Part shown: piece after piece, positions 22,764-33,750 of the stretch
Layout of the letters: every line of letters starts with the position of its first letter
Position numbering within the stretch: position 1 is the stretch's first letter
NCBI GenBank assembly: GCA_001244265.2
Contig: CDLV01000020.1
Location: 62,001-126,000 of the forward strand
Length of the DNA stretch: 64,000 bases
From: Microbotryum violaceum
Lineage: Eukaryota
Reading direction: 5' to 3'
The notes under the pieces: model-generated
Told to the model about the DNA's origin: nothing
Databases searched by the model: none
What the model saw: only the letters and a program-made list of their open reading frames with translations
Made by a program: the position numbers and the translations under genes

Positions 22764-25400
22764 CCAGTGTGAACCCGTTAAATTAACGGGAGGGTGAGAT
22801 TCAAATAGCAGGAGGATTGAACAGTCTACATGATTTCAACAGAGGTTGAATAAACACACTACGAAGTACAGCAAGGAAACAGTTCTCCATTCACAAACAG
22901 CCTGCCCGTTGCTTGTTGCCAAAAACGTTGTCGTCGCAGAGTCGGTTCAACTTGGATTCAGACGCTCGTGCAATGAGTTCCGGTCGATTGCTTGCTTGGT
23001 CGTTCGGCCCCAGTGTAGCCTTGATTTCAGGCCATTCGGGGTTGCACGTCACCGTGATGAACAGCGAAGGCTTTCCATGTTTTACGACGCACGCCATCGC
23101 ATCTTGGTAACGCTGCGTGTTCTCGCGCGGTCTATTCTTGAACGTTGAGCCCAAAATCACCGAACATCCAGCTTGATCCGGGGTCAACCTGATGATGCCT
23201 TGGCCCGTGGTGAGACGGAGGTTTTCTTGATCCAACTGGAGGTAAGTTGAGTCGATCCGTCTCGACCTGGGAGTATCCGTCATTACGAACGCCAGGAAGC
23301 CACGTTGGGTGCAATGTGGGATTGAGAAGTACTCGTCGCGTTTGTGCAAGTCGTACGCTAATAATTGTGAACGCGAGACTCGTCACCTCGCTCCCCTTTA
23401 TTTGAGCTTCGTCCTAGGTGTTCAAACGTTCAATGTCAGTCTGTGCGTGCGCCTTAACAGAATGGAACATCCGAGAAAGAGCCGAAAGGGCTTACGTTCA
23501 CCATCACCATTCTCTGCGTCCCCTTCCTCCTCGTCGCGGTCTTTTGGCAAAGAGTGGCCCAATTTGGTTGAACGCGCAAAGAGGAATGTTGAGGTGGAAG
23601 CTATCTTCCTCTGCGGGGAAGAGTAGTGGGTAACGGAGAGGCATCGCAGACGGATGGAGCGGGCTAACGATTTGGTACTTGGGCCGACCATCGGGGCATC
23701 GATCACCGTGCGCCTGGAGAATAAGGTCTTGCGGTCCACGATCTCCCGTGTTGATGTCGGAATCGCAGATAATCATCGCCATTTCGGTGCTCGACGTAGG
23801 AAGGTTGTGGGTGCGTCGGTCTCGGCCAGCTGGTAGAGGCGCGGGACCCACTCTTTGGCCGTATCCCAACCCGCGCGGGCTTTGGCCGATGCGAACTCCC
23901 TCACAAAGCGTTTGCCGGTGCGCAACATGAACTCGAGCTTGGTCAGCGTTGATCTTTGAATGCGAGTCTCTGCGCTGTCGGGTCCTTGAAGTCGTGTGTC
24001 GGTGGCCTCGGCCGGGTCGATCAGCCATGTCTGGGCAAAGGCTGGGCGTTGATTCACGGCAGGGATCAGGGCGCCGAGTCGATGATAGAGGCGGCCGATC
24101 ACGCGAAACACGGGAGGTCCTAGAGTGCCCACTTGGGTTTGGTCCCAGCAGTAGGCAGCGAGCGAAGTAAAGGACAACGCGTTATTGTAAGACCGGGCAT
24201 TCTCGCGGAATGCTTTAGCGTCTGTGTAGGTGCATCGCACAATTCAGCATGTGGGTCTACTGCAGACGAATGTTGTTGGACGGAGCAACTGACCGCTATC
24301 CGAGCCTTCAAGAAGCTGCCGATACTCGAGATTGGGCTGGGGAGGGGGAGGTAGCCGCACCTTGCCCTGCGAGCAGCACGCGCCGAAGTGTCTGGTCGAC
24401 TTGGACCTTTCGCACTCCCAGTGCCGAGCCTTGCAGTGGGTGCACACGGCCGTCTGCGGGCCGAGGTCGTCGCGGATCGAAACGTGGGCTTGAGGGGTTT
24501 GAGCGCGATTCGAGCCCGGCGCACTCGCCTTTGCGGAGGAGGTGGTGGTGGGGCGAGCCCAGCGTCGAGTTGGCCATCGCGCTGACCACGCTGTCCGTTC
24601 TGCACAGCTGCACGGCGGGCTCGTATACGTGTCGCAATACCAAGATCGGTTGCATTGCTGTCATGACGCGCAGGGGGCTGATTCTGTTGATCGGCGCGGG
24701 ACGAAGAGGAGGGTCGAGCCGCGGGGCGCCCAGCAGCGAGCGCTCGAGCAGGCCCATGGTAGCCCATGGTACGGCGCTACCCTCGCGCCCAAGACTTGGC
24801 GAGGTTGCGATGGCCCTCCCTGGCGACCTTGGGACCGGGGCATTACACAGTAGCGAAGGCTTGTTCTTGAATGAGTGTCACTAAAATTGGATGAGAGTGG
24901 GAGGGAGAAAGGAAAGGTTCGAGGGAGTGGCGCAGGATTATTTACGTGGTTTGACTTGTTGTTCAGCCCCTAATGCCGCTGGTCGAATGCCATACAGGCA
25001 AATTGGTTGTTCAGTCCCTAATGCCGCTGGTCGACTGCCGGAATGACACTCCACCGCCGGCGCACCGCATCACGTGACAAACGCCAGCCCTCGCCTCGCA
25101 CGTCAGGCAGAGCTCTGCTGTAGAAGCAATATCATGCAAAGCCACGCGCTTGCGGTTCATTAAATGCAATATGAGTGGAAGCATTGTTCTATGCCAGCGA
25201 AAAAAACAAGGAAAATACTGGGAGCGCTGTAGCTTCGTTGGAACGGCGCGGAAAATACAAAAGTCACCACAGCGCTTGTACATGACTTCTGATCGGAACA
25301 TGGACACCACAGGCAGATGCGACAGACACAACAGTATGCTGGTACATGGGCCGCAACCTAGTTAAAAACAGCGATTTTAGGTACATTCCTTAACTCACAC
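22764..25400 (-). mobile_element. Defective Helitron A (N-terminal Rep fragments; no HUH motif or helicase)
   Basis: Fragments include CTHCKARHW..CCSQGKV, FRENARSYNNALSFTS, GPPVFRVIGRLYHRLG, HPSAMPLRYPLLFP and YQDAMACVVKHGKPSLFITVTCNPEWPEI (Rep motif 1). The 3' end is a CCCGTTAA-T-TTAACGGG hairpin followed by CTGG|T. Confidence 0.9.
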
Positions 25401-25407
25401 TTTTTTT

Positions 25408-25559
25408 TTACTAGTTAGGGTAACTAGTTACTAGTTAGGGTAACTAGTTACTAGTTAGGGTAACTAGTTACTAGTTAGGGTAACTAGTTACTAGTTAGGG
25501 TAACTAGTTACTAGTTAGGGTAACTAGTTACTAGTTAGGGTAACTAGTTACTAGTTAGG
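25408..25559. repeat. 20-bp minisatellite (CTAGTTAGGGTAACTAGTTA) x ~7.5
   Basis: Perfect tandem units with period 20 from 25411. Each contains one TTAGGG and the palindrome TAACTAGTTA. Confidence 0.97.
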
Positions 25560-25566
25560 ATAAAAA

Positions 25567-27830
25567 CTAGGTTCGGCGGCGCGCGGAGCGCGCCACCTCA
25601 CATTGAGAATCAGCAGTTGTTACTTTATCGCAGATGGCTACGGTTCTACACTGTTTTCATCTATGCGCAATCTTTGCTGACCTTGAGACCTTCGAGAGAT
25701 CGCAGGGTTCACAGGCGGTGGATCCATTGGACGAAGTTGATCCTCCGGCAGTGGACGCAGTGCAATCGGTGACTGCGGCGACATCCATCGCGACGAAGGC
25801 GTCCAAATCCGCGCTGTAGAAGGTTTGAGCGTCACCCGGCAGCAGGTCGAGCACCATGTCGTTGATGTGATCCACCTGCAAATTTTTGGGCGTCAGTTTT
25901 GCTCGCTCTCGGAAGTATTCGACTTTTTCGCCTATCGATATATTGTCCAGTTCGAGCGCGGGGACGGGATAGACGTGTCTGATCAACCTTGACATCTTCG
26001 ACGACTCTACGTGCAATGTTCCGAAACATCGACGGTGCTGCATCGGTGTCTCGTCCCAGAGCTCGGCGAGCTGTTCTTGTTTCGGAACATTGCACGTAGA
26101 GTCGTCGAAGATGTCGATCGGGATCTTGAACCGTGAATGTGCCGTGCTGCCTTTTGGCAGTAGCAGTGCAGCAATACCCGATGATGCAACGGCAAGAGCG
26201 TATGTTTCCTTTGACCGAATCTGAGCAAGGACCGTTTCTTCCAAGAACGTTTTGCCTGTCCATCAACGAAATCGACGATTTATGCAAGCGATTACTTGGG
26301 TATAACGGGAAGGCATTGCTTCGGGTCCCCTGTGATGTTACAGTCAACCGGTCAGTCAATCATGCTGCCCTGCGCTTTGCTTTTGAAGATTGGCACATAC
26401 CTGCCAACACGACGGTCACTCCACCGAACCGAGCCGTGGAATAACGGGAAGGCATTGCTTCGGATTTCCTGTGATGTTACAGCCCAACCGGTCAGTCAGT
26501 CATGCTGCCCTGCGCTTTGCTTTTGAAAGATTGGCACATACCTGCCAACACGACGGTCACTCCACCGAACCGAGCCGTTGAGGGTGACGGGAAGGCATTG
26601 CTTCGGATCCCCTGTGATGTTACAGTCCAACCGGTCAGTTAAGCATGCTGCCCTGCGTTTTGCTTTTGAAAGATTGGCACACACCTGCCATCGCGACGGT
26701 CACTCCACCGAACCGAGCCGTCGAGGATTTGCCACGGGATCTATACTGCATGCTGCACAGTTTCTTGAGAAAACTTGTTCCGTATTGGTTGCAGAGCTTC
26801 CACGACGACCCCTTCGGGTGTCGCGAGCTCGAGGCCGATTTGTCTCGGGCATAGTTCGGGTCGGTTCGATGTTCGCATGTTTGCCTGCGTTTGCACCGTG
26901 CCGCTGTTAGTATAGGGTCTCAAAGTCAGGCAAGGACTGCTACTTACAGATAGATGCAGCACCCCAACTTCCCCCCAGAAGTCAGCATTCATGATGCAAG
27001 CATCGACGATTTGTGCAGGCGATGACATGGGAATAACGGGAAGGCATTGCTTCGGATCCCCTGTGATGTTATGCTTGAACCGGTCAGTTAGTCATGTTGC
27101 CCCGCGCTTTGCTTTTGAAAGATTGCCCCATACCTGCCAACACGACGGTCACTCCACCGAACCGAGCCGTGGAATAACGGGAAGGCATTGCTTCGGATTT
27201 CCTGTGATGTTACAGCCCAACCGGTCAGTTAGTCATGCTGCCCTGCGTTTTACTTTTGAAAGATTGGCACACACCTGCGAACGCGATGGACACCCCACCG
27301 AACCAAGACGTTGAGGATCTGCCACGGGATGGTGAGCCGCAATTCACGCGACCAGAGCCTGTTTTCTTGAGTGATTCGTTACAACTATTAGTATTCTTGC
27401 TGTTGTTCATCTGTAGCTATGGCAGTGAAGACTCACATTTCGTGTCCTAACTAACGACCCGGGTTCTCAACCGAACGAAGTCAATCCTTCCGCTGTGTCA
27501 CTGACGTCCAATGTCTGCTTTTCGTATCAGTTTGTCCGTCATATCTAAGACTGCACAGCCATGTCAAGGGATAGCTCACGCATGCAATGTCACCAGCCGA
27601 TGGTGAAGAAAAACGACTCGAGGTTGACATTCAGAGAAGACGTGTTGAAGGGAACTGCTGCTTGGTAGTTTTCCATAAGCTTCTGAACAATCCCACACCA
27701 AGAGCACAGTTCACGAAGTTACTTACTCGAATTCGTAGCTATGTTGCATGCGGCAGGCATTTCTGTATCCCGTATTCGTTGCAGTGCTTCCACGACGACC
27801 GCTTCGGATGTCGCAAGCTCGAGGTGGCGA
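25567..27830 (-). mobile_element. Helitron B 3' part with scrambled Pif1-helicase fragments
   Basis: The 3' end is a GGCGCGC-TCC-GCGCGCC hairpin followed by CTAG|T at 25567. Helicase pieces include GTGKTF (Walker A), [65 protein letters not shown] and [14 protein letters not shown]. Confidence 0.85.
26302..27311 (-). repeat. ~140-bp tandem repeat (3 copies at 26302-26721 and 2 copies at 27033-27311) derived from Pif1 motif III plus an intron
   Basis: Units start at ~26302, 26441, 26584, 27033 and 27174. The minus strand reads FGGVTVVLA-G[GTATGT...CTGAC...ACAG, ~73 nt]-PKQCLPVIP. Confidence 0.9.
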
Positions 27831-29129
27831 TGGGATGAGGTGCGATGGGTAAGGTGTGAAGAGCAGGAGGGAGAAAGATGGGGAAGCCTGCGCCTCAGTT
27901 TGAACCGGATAGAATGTCGTGGAAGGCCGCGGAACGTCGTGGAGTGAAGCCCGAAGCAGAGGGTCATGTGCCAGGCTGCTTTGATGGGAAATGGAACCTC
28001 GGCGAACGTGGACGGAACGGTCTGTCGCCACGTGGTTTGTCTTTCGTTCTCTGACGTTCTTTGACGTTCTTTAGCCACACAGATTCATAGAAGATGGCCG
28101 CATTCAAGTGAGTTGTTGCTGAATTTAGGAACGAAGGCAACTGGATCTAATGTTTTGCCGGTCCTAAACTTTTAGGAAAAGCTCCCTGAGAGAGACAAGC
28201 AGTATGGAGCGCTAGCACAACACTATCCTCATTTTGGATCGCTTGACGGAGCTGTAACCGCTGCCACACCATTGGAAATTGGATCTCTGATCTGCTTTGG
28301 CCCCAAGTGTGGTATGCATTCACTCAGCTGCGATCAAACTGTTTATGGAGAAGAAGCGCTGTCTATCGGAATTGGTACGTTGTTTTGAGTGGCAGTTAAG
28401 GAAGTTCTCGTTTGACACAAGTCTTGTGTCCTACAGTGCGATACATCTACAGCAAAGTGACAACAAACCACTGCAACCAAGACACGCTCGCCTCGTTGGT
28501 TCTACTCTCAAATGTCGTCGTACAGGAGCTTCGCCTCATCAAGAAAACATGCTATTCCACACACCTCATTGATGGCACTATGTCGTTCCGCATGATTGAT
28601 GGTCGACCGGTCATCGAGTCATTAGGCCCGTCAACGACTACATATCGTTCAACCACGGACCTTACCTCATGTTACCCGGACGAGCGCCTAATCAGCACGA
28701 GCGCACATGCCGAGCAAAGATTTGCCGCCCTTCGGAGCGTGCCCTGCCTGCGAGATGCCGCCGGCAGAACCTCTACAAGCCGCACAAATGCCACCGCGTA
28801 AACAAGGAGCTCAACGTCAGCAAAAAGGAAGTCTGACAACGAAGCAGCGAGCCAGCCAGCAAAGCAAGGAAGGCTTGTTTGAAGCCTGGAGCCACGCGCA
28901 ACACCAGCCGAAGCGACGCGCGCCGCAAGCCACTTCGGATAGGCCGCCGCGCGCCCGCAAACGCTCGGAACGCGTTTTCGAGGACTTTTGAGCAACTTTT
29001 GGAGCATGTAGAACACAGTTTGATAATTGCGAAATTTTGACATTTTGCATTTTGGGGCCAAACAGGGTATAAAACTCTGACAAAATGGCCAAAAAATGGT
29101 GTTTTTCCGCATGCGCCTCTGGCTGGGCT

Positions 29130-31120
29130 TTCGGGGGTCCTGCCTGGGCCTGCCTGGGCCTGCTCGAGCTTGCTCGAGCGCCCGCTGCTCTCCTCTCCTC
29201 TTCGTCCCGCTCCGATCAACAGAATCAGCTCCCCGCGCGTGATGACAACCACTCGACCGATCTTGGTATTAGGATAAGCGTCCGCCGTACAGCTTTGTAG
29301 AACGGACAGCGTGGTCAGCGCGAGGGCCCGATGGCCGATCCGACGCTGAGCTCGCCCCACCACCACCTCTTCCTGCGCAGAGCAAGTGCACAGGCCTCGA
29401 ACCCCGCTCAAACCACTCAAGCCCCACGTTCCCATCCGCGACTACCTCGGCCCCAGATGGCCGTGTGTGCCCACTGCAAGGCTCGACACTGGGAGTGCAA
29501 AGGACGAACCGGACACTTGAGCACGTGCTGCTCGCAGGGTAAGGTGCAGCTACCTCCTCTGCGGCCCAATCCCGAGTATCGACAGCTACTTGAAGGGTCG
29601 GATACCGGTCAGTCTCTCCAGTCTGTCGTAGGCCCACATGCTGAACTGTTCGACTCACCTACACAGAAGCGGTTGCATACCGCGAGAATGCCCGGTCGTA
29701 CAACAACTTGAATGCGCTGTCGTTCACTGCCCACTTTGACCAGACTCGACTAGGCACTCAAGGACCCCGCATGTTTCGGATACTTCGACGCCTTTACCAT
29801 CGACTCGGCGCACTCTCGGCGCCCTGAATCCTGCCGTCAATCAGCGCCCAACCTTTGCCAAAACATGGCTCATCTGCCCGGCCGAGGCCACCGACACTCA
29901 ACTTGTACCCGACGGCGCAGACAGTCGCATACGAAAATCTACTTTGACCAAGCTCGATTCTACGTTGCGTACCGGCAATCTCTTTGTGAGGGAATTTGCA
30001 TCGGCCAAAGCTCGCGCAGGTTAGGCCAAAGAGTGGGTCCCGCGCCTCTACCAGCTGGCCGAGACCGACGCACCCACAACCTTCCTACGTCGAGCACCGA
30101 AATGGCGATGATTATCTGCGATTCCGACATCAACACGGGAGATCGTGGACCGCAAGACCTTATTCTCCAGGCGCACGGTGATCGATGCCCCGATGGTCGG
30201 CCCAAGTACCAAATCGTTAGCCCGCTCCATCCGTCTGCGATGCCTCTCCGTTACCCACTACTCTTCCCCGCAGAGGAAGATAGCTTCCACCTCAACATTC
30301 CTCTTTGCGCGTTCAACCAAATTGGGCCACTCTTTGCCAAAAGACCGCGACGAGGAGGAAGGGGACGCAGAGAATGGTGATGGTGAACGTAAGCCCTTTC
30401 GGCTCTTTCTCGGATGTTCCATTCTGTTAAGGCGCACGCACAGACTGACATTGAACGTTTGAACACCTAGGACGAAGCTCAAATAAAGGGGAGCGAGGTG
30501 ACGAGTCTCGCGTTCACAATTATTAGCGTACGACTTGCACAAACGCGACGAGTACTTCTCAATCCCACATTGCACCCAACGTGGCTTCCTGGCGTTCGTA
30601 ATGACGGATACTCCCAGGTCGAGACGGATCGACTCAACTTACCTCCAGTTGGATCAAGAAAACCTCCGTCTCACCACGGGCCAAGGCATCATCAGGTTGA
30701 CCCCGGATCAAGCTGGATGTTCGGTGATTTTGGGCTCAACGTTCAAGAATAGACCGCGCGAGAACACGCAGCGTTACCAAGATGCGATGGCGTGCGTCGT
30801 AAAACATGGAAAGCCTTCGCTGTTCATCACGGTGACGTGCAACCCCGAATGGCCTGAAATCAAGGCTACACTGGGGCCGAACGACCAAGCAAGCAATCGA
30901 CCGGAACTCATTGCACGAGCGTCTGAATCCAAGTTGAACCGACTCTGCGACGACAACGTTTTTGGCAACAAGCAACGGGCAGGCTGTTTGTGAATGGAGA
31001 ACTGTTTCCTTGCTGTACTTCGTAGTGTGTTTATTCAACCTCTGTTGAAATCATGTAGACTGTTCAATCCTCCTGCTATTTGAATCTCACCCTCCCGTTA
31101 ATTTAACGGGTTCCCACTGG
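29130..31120 (+). mobile_element. Defective Helitron C, an inverted homolog of Helitron A (5' boundary approximate)
   Basis: Contains CAHCKARHW..CCSQGKV and the same Rep fragments. 30024-31120 is the reverse complement of 22764-23860. The 3' hairpin and CTGG|T end at 31120. Confidence 0.9.
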
Positions 31121-31130
31121 TATTATATAG

Positions 31131-31216
31131 TTTTGAGGATAAGTTTTAAGGATAAGTTTTAAGGATAGTTTTAAGGATAAGTTTTAAGGATGGTTTTAAG
31201 GATAAGTTTTAAGGAT
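31131..31216. repeat. 13-bp minisatellite (TTTTAAGGATAAG) x ~6.5
   Basis: Tandem units with minor variants begin about 10 bp after the Helitron C 3' end. Confidence 0.92.
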
Positions 31217-32708
31217 TGCTCCCTTTGCATTTGTTACGTGGCCAGGCACTACTCGAAAGGCCCATATCAGCCTCCTTTGACTACTACTTGAAGAGGCGTT
31301 GGAGGCAGACGGAGCCGCCGAGCGAATGACTCCTGACGAGTCACCGCGCCTGAATCACTTCGCAGCGGCATAAACGCAGAGACTAAAGTCAAGATAGCTC
31401 ACATGTACTATTTTGTAATCTGCATATCTTCAAAAGCGCGTGATCGATATACATACAACAAGCGTGTGGGTCGTTGTCAATCGATGTGGGGGTGGGGGGT
31501 CTCGCCGTGCGACGATGCGAGGCGTGACCGTGCCGAGCAAGCCGCACACACCAGAGAAGAACATCTGGGCGATGAGGCACCTATGGTGTGCACGCCAACA
31601 CGTTTGACCGCTTAATTCGCGCTGTTCGTTGTGATAGCTATGCTTATGCAGATCGAACGCACGCGATTGAATCAGAGACGACCCAGACTCAGACAGATCG
31701 AAGCCATGACTACGATCCGTCTGAGTGCACGTGAATCGTGATACAAATATTGGAGAGGCGAAGGCGTGATGAAATGGTCGATGATTGGCTGATAGAGTTG
31801 TGACCAGCATGCGACAGGCCGTGACGAGTGCAACAAAGCTCCCTGCTCACAAGTCGGACATCTCGATCGGAACGGCTTTTCGGGGAACAGCTGGCGACCC
31901 AATTCGGATTGATAAGTCGAGTTAGCAACTAAGCTTCCAGAAGAAGTCGATGATGATAGGCAAAGTTCACTCCCTGACTCCGATAAAATTAACGACCCAG
32001 TTCACGTGTGCAGTGGTTTCGGCCGAGGTGCGAAGACTGACGTCGACTGACTCCGAACTTATCCAAACTGGTCAAGTCCGGCGCATTTTACAGGCTGGAG
32101 CCTGGGGCTCGCCTCAAATGTTTGAGCACCGAGTACTCAAACAATCTAATCATATAGGAAGAAGATAAGGTCTGGTACCCTCCAAATATAAAGTGGGTAG
32201 GTAGCTGACATCATTTCGCATCTGGCTCAACGCCCGTCACGCCGAGTCGCTTCCGATAATGCGTTACTGTAGCTGGGCGCCTCTGTGTCTGCTTCAAGTC
32301 CTCCCAGTCATTTGCAGTAATAGGAACCGCGCTTTCCAAGCAAAGCCGTTACATTTTCTGAGCTCCTCCCGCCCACCCAAAAAACAAAAACAAAAACAAG
32401 GACTTCCTTGTTGGTTTCCCTTTCTATATTCTTTTTTTTTTTGTTTTCTTTTATCTTCTTGGTTACATCTCTGGCTCGTCCTGGTAGCACCATGCCGTTT
32501 GTTACGGGATGCCGGGTTCAGCCCAAACCTGCAACTTGATTGGCTTCACCGGCTAACTTGGCTCCGCTCGCGCGCTCTACGAAGGAGTCGAAAGAGTCGG
32601 GCTGGAGATAAGGCGAATCGAACGCCTATAACAGTGATGCAAACACAGTGTAATGCCATTATACAGCCTGTTCCTCAAACCCCGTTCAGACGGTCCGCCC
32701 TGCCCCAC

Positions 32709-33418
32709 TTACGCGTCATACTCATCATCCTCATCCTGGGCACCAGCCTCCTCCGCACTGCCGTCCTCCGTTGCATAATCCGCCAGTCTAGCCACCGGTT
32801 TCCCTCCCCTCGCACTCGATCTGGATCCCGTAGCCGTGGCTGAAGTAGCTGCGGTCGTTCGGGGTTTCTGGTCCCCCTCGACGATGGAAGCTTCGTCCTG
32901 GGCCTGGATCGGATCGGGGACGTGTTGGACCAAGTCCGAAAGGAAGTCAAATGTAGGAACGGTGTTGATCACCCGTTTACTGTGCGACCGAGAGGTGAGG
33001 AGGATTAGACTTGTGAAGGGAAGGCCAGGTCACGTGCGCCTAGAGCTTTGGCGTACAGCGTGTGGGCCGAGATTTTTTGCACGTTGCGCGCTTGGGAATC
33101 CTGGAGAAGCGCTTGGACGAGTTGTTGCAGGAACAACTCGAGCGCTTTGGCTGGGAAACCAGAACCCACGCGGGGTGAGCAAGACAAGACGATGGAAGGA
33201 CGGAGCGGGGCGAAACGTACAAACAAGCACGGGGGTGGCTTGTGCGACTTTACCGACTTCTTCGTCGGCTTGGATCAGGCGCTTGATGCGAGCCTGTGGT
33301 CAAGGGGAAGAGGTCATTTCCTGCACGATCAAGGAGCAGGGGTGCAACTTGCGACGGGGAAGCGGGCGTCGTTGGAGCGTTTGGGGCGTTTGCTCGTCGG
33401 CTGATCCGCGTCGGCCAT
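32709..33418 (-). CDS. BUR6: Negative cofactor 2 alpha (DRAP1/Bur6), histone-fold protein, 4 exons
   Basis: Spliced product reads RFPV|ARIKRLIQADEEVGKVAQATPVLV|SKALELFLQQLV...ISAHTL|KRVINTVPTFDFLSDLV, with an acidic tail. Confidence 0.92.
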
Positions 33419-33750
33419 GGTGGGCGTGACTGCTGACCGCTGAGGTAAGGGGGTGTCAGGTGATCGTGTGAGAGCAGCAGTGCCAGGAGGGAAACCCCGG
33501 TCGCGCGGATCTCGGCCACGGAAGCCATCCATCCGTCTCGCCCGAGCGAGCCCGAGCGCGTGTGCGAGTGATCAAACGTCTCGTCTCCTTTCCTTCGAAC
33601 GTCTCATCTCCTGTCCTCCTCAGTCCCAGCCCCAGCCCCAGCCCCAGCCTCCGTACGGCGTCGCACCAAACCTAGATCGAGTCGGCTCAACGACCCCTGT
33701 CTCTCCCTGCTCTCCTGCTCTATACCTTCCACGCGAGCCTGTTTGATCTC

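Noticed and set aside
25408..25559. True interstitial telomere or CRISPR array
   Set aside because: TTAGGG occurs once per 20-bp unit rather than as (TTAGGG)n. There are no unique spacers and the DNA is eukaryotic.
26302..27311. CRISPR-like array or repeat-protein gene
   Set aside because: Units are head-to-tail without spacers. Spliced exon lengths (68-70 nt) break the frame and the unspliced frames contain stops.
27830..29130. Captured host gene between the Helitron arms
   Set aside because: Only short ORFs with no recognisable similarity. Capture cannot be claimed without a database search.
22764..31120. Autonomous Helitron or a TIR cut-and-paste transposon
   Set aside because: Rep stops before the HUH and tyrosine motifs and the helicase is scrambled. 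No DDE transposase or TSD is seen.
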